The notes beneath the pieces were generated by a model. It saw nothing but the letters and a program-made list of their open reading frames with translations, had not been told where the DNA came from and searched no databases. This document shows positions 20,184 through 30,478 of a DNA stretch of 64,000 bases, in pieces. The first letter of the stretch is position 1. Each line of letters starts with the position of its first letter. Origin of the DNA: an uncultured Gemmatimonadaceae bacterium. Its GTDB lineage: Bacteria > Gemmatimonadota > Gemmatimonadetes > Gemmatimonadales > Gemmatimonadaceae. Where the stretch lies: positions 320,001 to 384,000 of the forward strand of contig CAWAGQ010000005.1 in the NCBI GenBank assembly GCA_963781585.1, read 5' to 3'. A program made the translations under genes and the position numbers.

Positions 20184-21469
20184 CCATCCACTCCTTCCAC
20201 ATTCCGCTGGACACAGAACGCCTGGGGAACGGCCTTCGTGTCGTCTTTTCCCAGGACCACACCGTCCCGATCGTCGCTGTCAATCTGTGGTATCACGTCG
20301 GCTCAGCGAACGAGCGTCCCGGTCGGACGGGCTTCGCGCACCTATTCGAACACATGCTGTTTCAAGGCTCGGCGCACGTGGCGGCAAATGAGCACTTCGA
20401 GTTGGTGCAGCGAGCTGGCGGCACGCTGAACGGGTCGACCTGGCTGGATCGGACGAACTACTTTGAAACGGTTCCGGCGAATCATCTGGAGCTGGCGCTC
20501 TGGCTCGAAGCGGACAGAATGGGCGCTCTCCTTCCGGCGATGACGCAAGCCAAGCTGGATACCCAGCGCGAGGTGGTGAAGAACGAACGGCGTTGGACCG
20601 TGGACAATCAGCCGTATGGGACGTGGTGGGAAAGGCTACCAGCCCTCTGCTTCCCAGCCGAGCACCCGTTCCATCACTCGCTTATCGGTTCAATGGAAGA
20701 CCTGTCGGCAGCGAGTCTCGAAGACGTGGCCGCATTCTTCCGCCTGTACTACACACCGGACAATGCCGTGCTGACCCTGGCCGGAGACTTCGAGCGAGGG
20801 GAAGCGGAGGCCCTCGTCCGGAAGCACTTCGGGCCAATTCCTGCTGGTACGGGAACGCCGCCTCTGCCGCCCATGGGCCTGCCGGGGGTGTTCGGCGACT
20901 GGCGCAGAGAAGTCGTGCCGGACAGCGTCGTGGTTCCGCGTCTGTTCCTGGCTTTCCGATCGTCGGTCTTCGGGAGCGGATCGTACCACACGGGAAGTCT
21001 GTGCGCTGCCGTACTTGGTGGTCAGCGAGGAAGTCGCCTGTACCGCACGCTGGTGCGTGACAAGCAGGTCGCATCATCGGCGACCGCGTTCACGTTCGAT
21101 CTCGCGGTTGCGCAGGACCTGCTGATTGTCGATGTGACTGCCCGTCCGGGAGTTAGCGCGGAAACGCTCGAGGCAGCCGTGGTTGAGGTGGTGGATGAAC
21201 TCCAACAGAATGGTCCCGCTGCGGCAGAACTGGAACGCGCGCGCTCTCTCGTCGAGACCGAATTCGCCAATGCGCTGCAAAGCGCTGGCGAGCGCGCGGA
21301 TCGTCTGTCGCAGTTCGCGACCTATCTCGGGGATCCTGGGCGAGTCAACGATCACGTGGCGCGGTACCACGAGGTACGGGTGGACGACGTCCGCCTCTTT
21401 GCCGCGACGCAACTGGGCCCGGACAACCGGGCCAGCCTGCTGTACGTTCCTCGCCAGGGTGAGGAGTGA
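20180..21469 (+). CDS. M16 family zinc peptidase, catalytic subunit
   Basis: HLFEH inverted zincin motif, NGSTWLDRTNY, EVVKNERR. Confidence 0.93.
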   Translation: MTIHSFHIPLDTERLGNGLRVVFSQDHTVPIVAVNLWYHVGSANERPGRTGFAHLFEHMLFQGSAHVAANEHFELVQRAGGTLNGSTWLDRTNYFETVPANHLELALWLEADRMGALLPAMTQAKLDTQREVVKNERRWTVDNQPYGTWWERLPALCFPAEHPFHHSLIGSMEDLSAASLEDVAAFFRLYYTPDNAVLTLAGDFERGEAEALVRKHFGPIPAGTGTPPLPPMGLPGVFGDWRREVVPDSVVVPRLFLAFRSSVFGSGSYHTGSLCAAVLGGQRGSRLYRTLVRDKQVASSATAFTFDLAVAQDLLIVDVTARPGVSAETLEAAVVEVVDELQQNGPAAAELERARSLVETEFANALQSAGERADRLSQFATYLGDPGRVNDHVARYHEVRVDDVRLFAATQLGPDNRASLLYVPRQGEE

Positions 21470-22878
21470 TTTTGGGACGGCAGGCCCGCAGTTCTCCTGA
21501 CGCTTCGGTCTCACCGCGACCGACAGCCGCTCCGCCACGGCCGTACAGGTTCCCCCAGTTCACGCGACACTTGCTGCCAAACGGAGTCGTGCTGCTCGTA
21601 GCGCCGCTTGCTCGGCTGCCGCTGGTCACCGTTCGTCTTCTCGTCGATGCTGGTGCGAGCGTAGAGACGCCGCAGACTGCTGGCACCGCCGCGCTCACCG
21701 TGCGCGCACTGGCCGAGGGGACACTGCACCTCGGCGGCGCGGAACTGGCAGAAGAATTCGAGCGTCTCGGCGGCGCTCTCGACGTGTCGGCAACCTGGGA
21801 CGGGGCGCATCTGTCCACAACAGTCCTCCGGGGACGCTTCGACCAGGTCCTGGCCTTGCTTGGCGAGGTGCTTCTGACCCCGTCATTTCTGGCGCGCGAA
21901 GTCGACCGCCTGAGAGCCGAACGCCTCGCGGAACTGCTTGAACTGGAGGCCGAACCCCGCGGCCTTGCGGATCAGCGCTTTTCCTCGTTTGTCTATTCCG
22001 CCGCATCGCGCTTCTGTCTGCCAGAAGGAGGCTCGCCTGATACCGTGCGTGGCGTGTCCAATGGCATGGTGCGTACGTTTTACGAGACACACTTCCGCCC
22101 GGATGCCACGACGGTAGTTGTTGTAGGCGATGTGTCGGCGGACCAGGTATTGCGTGGCGTGGAATCCGTCTTTGGCGCGTGGGGCGGTCATCCTGTAGGG
22201 CGGCCCGCGATGGTGGTCGCGCCAGCCTACCAGCGGAGGACGGTGCACGTGATTGCACGGTCCGGGGCACCGCAGTCGGAGCTGCGAGTGGGCCACATCG
22301 GAATCCCCCGACCTCATCCGGACTACTTCAGTGCGGTGGTGTTGAACGCAATACTCGGCGGCGTCTTCAATTCGCGCGTGAACATAAACCTCCGCGAACG
22401 CCACGGATTTACCTACGGCGCCTTCTCGTCGTTCGAATGGCGGCGTGCGGCAGGGCCATTCACCATCTCTACAGCTGTCGCGACTGACGTCACCGCGCGC
22501 GCCGTGGGCGAAATTCTGCGAGAGGTCGACATCATGCGAGGCGCACCGCCCTCGCCGGAGGAGCTCTCCCATGTTCAATCATTCCTGGAAGGCGTCTTCC
22601 CGATTCGATTCGAAACCACCGAGGCAATAGCGGGTGCGCTCACTGTCCTTCGCGCATTTGATCTTCCGGAGGACTACTACGATTCGTACCGAGCCCGGAT
22701 TGACGCGGTGACGGCAGCCGAGGTCCAGCAGGCTGCGCAAAGACACCTTCACCCGGATCTCCTGCAGATTGTTGCGGTTGGTGATTCTTCGCGCATTGGT
22801 CCGGACCTCGAGGCTCTCGAGCTCGGACCGGTAACGTATAGCGACCCGGACGGGACACCGGCACGCCAAACCTCGTAG
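21466..22878 (+). CDS. M16 family peptidase, non-catalytic partner subunit
   Basis: M16 fold without HxxEH; ILGGVFNSRVNINLRERHGFTY; GTGA overlap with the upstream gene. Confidence 0.88.
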   Translation: MILGRQARSSPDASVSPRPTAAPPRPYRFPQFTRHLLPNGVVLLVAPLARLPLVTVRLLVDAGASVETPQTAGTAALTVRALAEGTLHLGGAELAEEFERLGGALDVSATWDGAHLSTTVLRGRFDQVLALLGEVLLTPSFLAREVDRLRAERLAELLELEAEPRGLADQRFSSFVYSAASRFCLPEGGSPDTVRGVSNGMVRTFYETHFRPDATTVVVVGDVSADQVLRGVESVFGAWGGHPVGRPAMVVAPAYQRRTVHVIARSGAPQSELRVGHIGIPRPHPDYFSAVVLNAILGGVFNSRVNINLRERHGFTYGAFSSFEWRRAAGPFTISTAVATDVTARAVGEILREVDIMRGAPPSPEELSHVQSFLEGVFPIRFETTEAIAGALTVLRAFDLPEDYYDSYRARIDAVTAAEVQQAAQRHLHPDLLQIVAVGDSSRIGPDLEALELGPVTYSDPDGTPARQTS

Positions 22879-22961
22879 GTCTGGGACTGGAGTCCGCGCA
22901 GGCTTCGTGATGCTTGCGGCCGCCGAAGACCTTCACCTCCACGCCGCGTCAGGAGCACCGA

Positions 22962-23513
22962 GTGCCAAAGAGCCCTCGCGTCGGCACCCGCCGCGTGTAT
23001 ACCGGTCGGGTGATCAACCTCGACATCGACACGGTGCGCTATCCGGATGGCTCAGTCGGCGAGCTGGAGATGATTCGGCACCCCGGCGCGAGCGCCGTCG
23101 TACCGTTTCTCACCGATCCTCGTCGAGACGATCCGGAAATCCTGCTCCTGCGGCAGTATCGGTACGCCTCCGAGCAGTTCCTCTACGAGATTCCCGCTGG
23201 CCGCCTTCAGGACGGGGAGGCTCCGCTTACGTGCGCTCGCCGCGAGTTGGCTGAAGAGACCGGCTGTTCCGCCGAGCGGTTCGATCACCTGACCTCGTTC
23301 TTCACCACTCCCGGATTCACCGATGAGCGAATACACGCCTATATGGCAACGGGTCTAGCACGCGGAACTGTCCAACATGAGCCTGATGAGTTCATTCAGA
23401 TCCTGTCGCGGCCGATCTCGGCAGTAATGACGATGATCGAGCGTGGAGAAATCACGGATGCCAAGACGATTGTCTCCCTGATGTACGTAGCTTCGTTCCG
23501 CCCAAGGCATTAG
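22962..23513 (+). CDS. NUDIX hydrolase (ADP-ribose pyrophosphatase-like)
   Basis: Nudix box GRLQDGEAPLTCARRELAEETG; QYRY, TPGFTDE, DAKTI. Confidence 0.9.
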   Translation: MPKSPRVGTRRVYTGRVINLDIDTVRYPDGSVGELEMIRHPGASAVVPFLTDPRRDDPEILLLRQYRYASEQFLYEIPAGRLQDGEAPLTCARRELAEETGCSAERFDHLTSFFTTPGFTDERIHAYMATGLARGTVQHEPDEFIQILSRPISAVMTMIERGEITDAKTIVSLMYVASFRPRH

Positions 23514-23592
23514 CGCTGTGCAAGGGATCTTTCTGAGAGCGTCCTTACTGAAATGCGTTGCCGACGATGTCCGTTTTTGATGTCTGGCCTGG

Positions 23593-23721
23593 TGTCACCA
23601 GACGGTGACAGGCTCTCGTATCAGGAACGGATTACGGAGCGTCGCGGTTAGTCCAATCCATTGCCGTGACACAGCTTAGGCAGGCATGCTCAAGCCGAGT
23701 TCCGTTGGGCACAGTGAGTGC
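23593..23721 (+). promoter_or_regulatory. Putative enhancer palindrome plus sigma54 promoter upstream of the ECF sigma gene
   Basis: TGTCACC-agac-GGTGACA (23593-23610) and GGCACAGTGAGTGC (23708-23721, GG-N10-GC). Confidence 0.45.
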
Positions 23722-23816
23722 CGTTACAGCTTTGCGCAGCGTGCAGGGGGTACACTGTTCGAACACACTTGGTCAGCGCCTCACTCTAATGTTGTGGTCG
23801 CTAGGGGGATGAAACT

Positions 23817-24455
23817 ATGTCTGACGTCGCACTGAGAACGACGATTCCCTCGTCGGGCGCGGCAGTCAGGGAACAGCTGCGAAGCCTTGAGGATGGCGCG
23901 GTGGTAAGCGCCTTTCTTACGGGCGAACAGCGCGCGTTCGAGGAACTTGTCGATCGGTATCAAACACGCCTGCTGAACTTCATTTATCGGACGACGGGTG
24001 ATCGGGAACGGGCCGAGGACCTTGTCCAGGAGGTCTTCATCAGGGTCTATCGGCACCTGCATCGGTTCGATCGTTCCAAGAAGTTTTCGACCTGGATCTA
24101 CACCATTGCTTCAAACCTTGCCAAGAACGAGCTCCGCAACCGTTCGCGGAATCCGCTGGTTCTTTTCCAGACGATCAAGAGGAACTGGCAGGACGAGGAC
24201 CGTCCACTCCAGTTTGAGGATCCGGCATCTCGCCCGGACGACCTGTTCAGAAAGCGATACCTTCGTGAGCTCGTGGAGGGCTCTGTGCAGAAGCTGCCTC
24301 CACATCATCGGCAGGTCTTCGTGCTCCGAGAATTGGAGGGCAAGTCGTACGAAGAGATCGCTGAGATCACAGCGTGCAACCTTGGAACTGTAAAATCCAG
24401 GCTCAATCGAGCGCGAAATGCGTTCGCGTCTATCATCGCCCCGCACCTTGAGTAG
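23817..24455 (+). CDS. ECF RNA polymerase sigma factor (RpoE/SigW-like)
   Basis: AEDLVQEVF, FSTWIYTIASN, SYEEIAEI...GTVKSRLNRAR. Confidence 0.95.
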   Translation: MSDVALRTTIPSSGAAVREQLRSLEDGAVVSAFLTGEQRAFEELVDRYQTRLLNFIYRTTGDRERAEDLVQEVFIRVYRHLHRFDRSKKFSTWIYTIASNLAKNELRNRSRNPLVLFQTIKRNWQDEDRPLQFEDPASRPDDLFRKRYLRELVEGSVQKLPPHHRQVFVLRELEGKSYEEIAEITACNLGTVKSRLNRARNAFASIIAPHLE

Positions 24456-24474
24456 CAGGGAGTAGGGAAGTCGA

Positions 24475-24521
24475 GTCAACGGGCCGTGTCGGGGCAGCAT
24501 GCCAGACACGGCCCGTTTGAC
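24475..24521 (+). terminator. Strong hairpin after the ECF sigma gene
   Basis: 13-bp perfect stem AACGGGCCGTGTC/GACACGGCCCGTT with only a short U tract. Confidence 0.5.
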
Positions 24522-24670
24522 GTCAAGCGCCCGAACCAGGGGGTGGGTGAGACAAGGCCGGCGGGGCTGGACGGCCAGGGGAACCAGAGGCAGGATTAGC
24601 CGGAACCCGCATAGACAGGGCGGGTACCCGGAACGAGGCTTGCGAAGGCGTCCCACCCCCCTGAGCGCCG

Positions 24671-25225
24671 ATGGACTGCCGATCGTTCAAAAAGAAGCAT
24701 CTCTCGTTTGTCGATGATACGCTGTCGGGCGTCGAAACGGACGCCATGCGAGAGCACCTTGGACTTTGTCCCGGTTGTGCCCGTCAAGATGCTTCGGTGC
24801 GTCGCGCCTTGCTCATACTCCGGAACCTGCCTTCACTTGATGTATCGCCAGATTTCTCGGGTCGGCTGAAGGAGCGCATCTCCTTCGAGGCAAGGAGTCA
24901 GCGCACCCAGCATCTGTTCCATGGACCCAGCGTCGCGGCTTTTTTCGGCCTGGCCGGCGCCGTGGTGGCGGTGGGAGTCTTGGGTATCGGGTTGGCCGAC
25001 CGCGACGCATTGCCTAATCCCCCGAGTTTGGCTGCCGCGGTGGTCGCCCCCCGCGAGATCGCGCCACGTGCTGTTGATAACGACATCGCCGCCCCTGCGT
25101 TCGTCGCCTCAATGTCCACCGGAATCCCCGTGTGGCCGGCCCTGCTCCTGGCGGAGCAGGGCTCTTTGCGCTTCGCGACCACCGAGCTGACGCCGACTTC
25201 GTACCACGCGGCCCCGCAACCTTAA
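24671..25225 (+). CDS. Zinc-binding anti-sigma factor (zf-HC2) with a TM helix
   Basis: HLGLCPGC (HxxxCxxC) followed by a hydrophobic helix. Confidence 0.88.
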   Translation: MDCRSFKKKHLSFVDDTLSGVETDAMREHLGLCPGCARQDASVRRALLILRNLPSLDVSPDFSGRLKERISFEARSQRTQHLFHGPSVAAFFGLAGAVVAVGVLGIGLADRDALPNPPSLAAAVVAPREIAPRAVDNDIAAPAFVASMSTGIPVWPALLLAEQGSLRFATTELTPTSYHAAPQP

Positions 25226-25328
25226 GAGAGTCGGTCCGCTCCCGTATCCCGGGAGTTTCGGCGACGTCAGACCGGAGCAGTCGACGAGTCGGGGAGGGCC
25301 TGATTCTCCGTCGACTTATATTGGACTC

Positions 25329-26378
25329 ATGTCGACGGCTACCGAGCGCGCATTGCAGAAGGCCATGCACGAAAAGACCTTCGACCAAGTGTACTACTTC
25401 CATGGTGAGGACGACTATCGGAAGGAACGAGCCGCGCGCGCTCTCGTTACGGCGGCACTGGAAGCCTCGACTCGAGACTTCAACTGCGACGCCCTGTACG
25501 GTCCCAGCATATCAGCGCAGGAACTGGAAGTTTCACTCGCTACCCCCCCGATGCTGGCGAAACGGCGAGCCATCACCGTGCGCGATGTGCATGGGCTCGC
25601 GAGGAATGCCCGGGCGGTCTTGGACGCGTACTTGAATCGTCCTGCCGGGGATGTGCTGCTGGTGATGGTGAGTCCCGCGGGTCAGAAGAGCGACGCCGCG
25701 CTGGTCGAAGCATCGGTGGCCGTAGAGTTCGCGGCGCTCTCCCCCGAGCAGGTGCTGCGCTGGATCGTGCGTCACGCATCAACCGAATTGGGTACGGACG
25801 TGACTCTTGGCGCCGCGTCGTTACTTCGGGATGCCGTCGGTGGTGATTCAGCACTCCTGGCAGCGGAGCTTGACAAGTTGGCGAGCTACACTTCTGGTGC
25901 TGTCATAACGGAGGAAACCATTACCGCCGTAGTTGGCATGCGGCGGGGTGAGTCGCTGGCGGACCTGCTCGACGCCGTCGCCGCCAGAGATGCGGCGCGC
26001 GCGGTGTCGCTGGTCGAGCCGGTATTGATGCAGCCGAAGATGTCCGCGGTGACGGTTGTGATGGCGCTGGCAACACAGACGCTCGCGATCGGATGGGGAT
26101 GCGCGCGTAACGAAGAGAGTGGACGGCGATGCTCAGAGCGCGATTATTGGTCTCTTCTGCGCGACAGTCGCGTCTACCCGAACCGAAGCTGGGGCGACGC
26201 GGTCGCCGCCTGGATGCGCGGCACGGGTCTGTGGAGCGCACGGGCGTGCGAGGAGGGGATGGCGCTCCTTCTCTCAGCCGACCATGCCGCGAAAGAAACC
26301 CGACTTTCGTCAGACACTCAGTTGCTGACGTCTCTGGTGCTCGAACTGTGTGCCGCGGGCGACCGTGCGGTGGCATGA
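25329..26378 (+). CDS. holA: DNA polymerase III delta subunit
   Basis: VYYFHGEDDY, TPPMLAKRR, ELDKLASY. Confidence 0.9.
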   Translation: MSTATERALQKAMHEKTFDQVYYFHGEDDYRKERAARALVTAALEASTRDFNCDALYGPSISAQELEVSLATPPMLAKRRAITVRDVHGLARNARAVLDAYLNRPAGDVLLVMVSPAGQKSDAALVEASVAVEFAALSPEQVLRWIVRHASTELGTDVTLGAASLLRDAVGGDSALLAAELDKLASYTSGAVITEETITAVVGMRRGESLADLLDAVAARDAARAVSLVEPVLMQPKMSAVTVVMALATQTLAIGWGCARNEESGRRCSERDYWSLLRDSRVYPNRSWGDAVAAWMRGTGLWSARACEEGMALLLSADHAAKETRLSSDTQLLTSLVLELCAAGDRAVA

Positions 26379-27271
26379 GGGCCCATCTCGCCCGCCGCTG
26401 GCCGCGGCGTCCGGTTGAGTACGCGCTACTCCTGGCGGTGGCCATAGCCGGGCCTGTCGCAGTGCGCGCCCAGGAGGGTGACAGTGCGCTCACGCGTATC
26501 GAGCATCTGGTGACGGCCGGCGATCGCGCGGGCGCTCGTGCGGTCGCCGAGTCGCTCCTCGCTGTGGTGCCGCCCCGATCACCACAATATCCCGACGTGC
26601 TATACTGGCGCGCTTTCACCGCGGGCAACGCGGCGGAAGCGGAGCGGGACTATCTGCGACTGAGTATCGAGTATCCGCTCTCGCGGCACGCGGCCGATGC
26701 CCTGCTGAATCTCGCTCTTCTCGAGTATGCGCGCGGGGATCGCAGAGCGGCGCAGCGACACTTTGACCGGTTGCTCCTCGAGCATCCTGCTGGACCACAG
26801 GTTGCCAAGGCGACCTACTGGAGTGGGCGACTGTCGCTGGAAGGAGGCGACAGCGGTCGTGGCTGCGCCCTTTTGTCGTCGGCAAGGAAGGCTGTGTCGC
26901 GCGATGACATCGAGCTGGTGAATCAGATTGACTACTATGGATCGCGGTGTGCGGCCGTAACAGACTCCGCGACGACGGCTGGAGGGGACTCCAGCACAAG
27001 CATTACCAGGCGGGACAGCGCGGTCGCGTCGGGAGGAAATGCAGGTCGGGCATTCAGCGTTCAGGTCGGGGCCTTCACGACGAAGCGCGAGGCGACGAGA
27101 GTCGCTGCTCGGATGAAGCAGCGGGGATTCAGTGCGCGCGTGGCCGGTGATCGAGCCCCTTATCGGGTGCGGATCGGGCGATTCGCGACCCGGCAGGAGG
27201 CGGCCGCGGAGTTGGCGCGCGTACGGCGAACGACTCCGCAAGCGATTGTTGTCGAGGCGGAGCCGCGATGA
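26375..27271 (+). CDS. Exported TPR + SPOR domain protein
   Basis: Signal peptide, TPR-like repeats (EYPLSRHAADAL, EHPAGPQVAKATYW), C-terminal FSVQVGAF...YRVRIGRF. Confidence 0.85.
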   Translation: MRAHLARRWPRRPVEYALLLAVAIAGPVAVRAQEGDSALTRIEHLVTAGDRAGARAVAESLLAVVPPRSPQYPDVLYWRAFTAGNAAEAERDYLRLSIEYPLSRHAADALLNLALLEYARGDRRAAQRHFDRLLLEHPAGPQVAKATYWSGRLSLEGGDSGRGCALLSSARKAVSRDDIELVNQIDYYGSRCAAVTDSATTAGGDSSTSITRRDSAVASGGNAGRAFSVQVGAFTTKREATRVAARMKQRGFSARVAGDRAPYRVRIGRFATRQEAAAELARVRRTTPQAIVVEAEPR

Positions 27272-29935
27272 CGCGGGAGGCAACGCCACTCATGCAGCAG
27301 TATCGGGAGATCAAGGCGCGTCATCAGAGACGCAATCCTGCTGTTCCGGATGGGCGATTTCTACGAGATGTTCTACGACGATGCCGAGGTCGCCTCGCGA
27401 GTCCTCGGACTGACACTCACGTCGCGAAACAACGGCGGTGCGGCCGAAGTCCCGCTCGCCGGCGTGCCGGTGAAGGCGGTGAGCGAGTATCTGCGCCGGC
27501 TGGTGCAGCAGGGATTCCGCGTGGCGATCTGCGAGCAGGTGGAGGATCCGAAGCTGGCGAAGGGCATCGTGCGGCGAGAGGTGGTGGAGACGGTCACACC
27601 GGGTGCCGCGTTTGCCGACGATCTGCTCGACGGTCCGACGCAACAACTTCCTGTGTGCGCTGCACGCAGAGGGAGATACCCTGGGCATTGCTGCCGCTGA
27701 CGTCTCGACAGGGACGTTTCAGCTGGCGGTGGCAGGCGCGCCGTGACGCGGAGTGCCGTCGCTGGCACGGTTCGCCCCGCGCGAGATGCTGCTCGCGCGT
27801 GGATCGAAGCTGCTGGACACCGACGTGCACATGGGGCAGCGCGCTGGTCACCGAGCGCGAGGCGTGGGAATTCGACCCGGCGCTGGCCGCGCGACGAGCT
27901 GGCGCGCCAGTTCGCTGTGCACTCGCTCGATGGACTCGGGCTCGAGCGGCGGACGCCGAACGGCGCGTCGGCGCGGCCGGGGCGCTCCTCCGATATCTGC
28001 GCGAGCTGCAACCGGGCGGCGTGCCGCAACTCATGCGGCCGGTGCTCGAGCGCGATGGGCGGACGATGCCGCTCGACGAGATGACGCGCCGCAACCTGGA
28101 GCTCGTGGATTCGCTTCGTACGTCAGGGGAGGCACCGGAAAGCGGGCGGAAGCGGAGCAATCCGGGCACGCTCCTCGGCGTGCTCGATCGGACGCTGACG
28201 GCGATGGGCGCGCGGCTGTTGCGGCAATGGATGCTGGCGCCGCTGCTGACGAAGACGGCGGTCGAGCCCGACTCGACGGCGGTCGCGGCCCTGGTCAGTA
28301 CGCCGATTGCGCGGGCGGCACTGAGGAGTGAGCTGGACCAGGTGCGCGATATCGAGCGGCTGGCGAGCAAGGCAGCTGCGGGCCGCTCCACTCCGCGCGA
28401 GCTGCGCGCGCTCGGCGACTCCCTCGCTGCACCTGCCTGCGGTGGCCGCCCGGGCGCGTGACGCCGGCGAGGCCGGCGCATTGGGTCCGGTGCTCGTGGC
28501 GTGGGATGACTGCGCTGACGTGGCGGAGGATGTCCACGCAACGCTGGTGGACCGGCCGCGAAGCGCGGTGGGTGACGGCGATGTGGTGCGACGCGGCGTC
28601 GATGGCGCGCTGGACGAATTGCGCGCGTTGCGCGACGGCGGCAAGGATGCCATCGCGCGGATCCAGACAGCCGAGCGCGCGCGGACCGGCATTCCGTCGC
28701 TCAAGGTCGGGTACAACAAGGTCTTCGGGTACTACATCGAAGTGACGAACGCCAACCGCCATCTCATTCCGGCCGACTACCAGCGGCGCCAGACGCTGAC
28801 CGGGGCCGAGCGGTACGTGACGCCCGCGCTGAAGGAGTACGAAGAGAAGGTGCTGACGGCGACCGAGCGGATCGAGCGCGCGTGAAGCGCGAGCTGTTCG
28901 AGGGCTTGCGGCGCCGGGTGGGCGCGCAGATCGGGCGGCTGCAAGCAGCGGCGGGACGCGTGGCGGAGCTCGACGTGCTGGCGACGCTGGCCGAGGTCGC
29001 CGCCAGCGAAGGATATGCGCGTCCGGAGATCGACGGAGGGTTTCGACCTCGAGATCGTGGGCGGGCGGCACCCGGTGGTGGAGCGGATGATGCCGCGCGA
29101 GCGGTTCATCCCGAACGACGTGCAGCTGACGAACGACGCGCGGCATGATGATCCTGACGGGGCCGAACATGGCGGGAAAGTCCACCGATCCTGCGCCAGA
29201 GTGGGGCTGATCGTGCTGATGGCGCAGATGGGGAGCTTCGTTCCGGCGAGCCGGGCGCGAATCGGGATCGTGGACCGGGTGTTCACGCGCGTCGGGGCGA
29301 GCGACAATCTGGTGCGCGGGCAGTCGACGTTCATGGTCGAGATGTCGGAGACGAGCGCGATCCTGCACACGGCGACGGCGCGCAGTCTCGTGCTGCTGGA
29401 TGAGATCGGCCGCGGCACGTCGACCTATGACGGCGTGTCCATCGCCTGGGCGGTGAGCGAGCATCTGCACGACCGCGATCGGCTGCAAGACGATCTTCGC
29501 GACGCACTATCACGAACTGACGCAACTGGCGGACGAATTAGTGGCACTGCGCAACTATAACGTCGCGGTTCGTGAAGTGGGCGACGCAGGTCGGTCTTCC
29601 TGCATCGGCTGCAGCCTGGGGGTGCCGACCGTTCCTACGGGATCGAGGTGGGGCGATTGGCCGGGCTGCCGGCGCCGGTCCTCGACCGGGCGCGCGAGGT
29701 GCTGCGGCTTCTCGAAGGCGAGCAATTGGCGGCCCGTCTGCAGGAGAGCACAGGTCCGACGCCGTCCGATGCGGACCTGCCACCGGGATCCGGGGCTGAC
29801 CATGCGGCGCAGCTGCCCCTGTTTGCCGCGCGCGAGCACCCGGTCGTGGAGCGTCTGCGCGCTCTTCGTCCCGAGCGGACCACGCCGCTCGACGCCCTGC
29901 ACGTGCTGGACGAACTGGTGCGGATGGTACAATGA
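27268..29935 (+). pseudogene. mutS: DNA mismatch repair protein MutS; more than ten frameshifts as sequenced (probably sequencing indels)
   Basis: [40 protein letters not shown] (29160-29186), [24 protein letters not shown] and SYGIEV distributed over all three frames. Confidence 0.92.
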
Positions 29936-30441
29936 GCGATCTTGCGCGCGGCCGGGTTGGGCAGAGAGGGGCGGGGGGAGGGGGCGCGCGCAGCCTCGAG
30001 AGACGGCCGGCAGGTCGGGTACTGTCACACGGGCTGGCCGGCAGCCTGGTGCTCATGCTGGGGCTGGCGTGTGCGGATGTCCGGCGTACGTGGGATCACT
30101 TCCGTGGCGAACGCGAGGCGGTACAGCTTCCGGTCCTGGTGACCGAGGACTTGCCGTTTCGCTATCCACCGGACTTGTACCTGCTGCAGGTGCAAGACAA
30201 CGTGACGCTGCGGCTGCACATCGATTCGCTTGGCAAGGTTGTTCCGGAATCCACGGCGATCGAGGAACATGCGGCGAACGCGGCGTTCGATGCAGCGGCA
30301 CTCGCGGGTGCCGCCCATCTGGTTTTCCGGCCGGCGCAGCGGGGCGAGCGTCGGATCGGCTACACGGTGCTCTTCCCGATCAAGTTTCGCGTGCCCGGTG
30401 CACCTCCGCTTCCGGGTGATTCCGCCGCAACCAGGCAGTGA
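29932..30441 (+). CDS. TonB C-terminal domain protein
   Basis: YPPDL...[13 protein letters not shown]...FDAAAL...FRPA...PIKF. Confidence 0.8.
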   Translation: MSDLARGRVGQRGAGGGGARSLERRPAGRVLSHGLAGSLVLMLGLACADVRRTWDHFRGEREAVQLPVLVTEDLPFRYPPDLYLLQVQDNVTLRLHIDSLGKVVPESTAIEEHAANAAFDAAALAGAAHLVFRPAQRGERRIGYTVLFPIKFRVPGAPPLPGDSAATRQ

Positions 30442-30478
30442 CGCGGCCGCGTCCGATTCTCGCACCCGGAGCGGTTCA

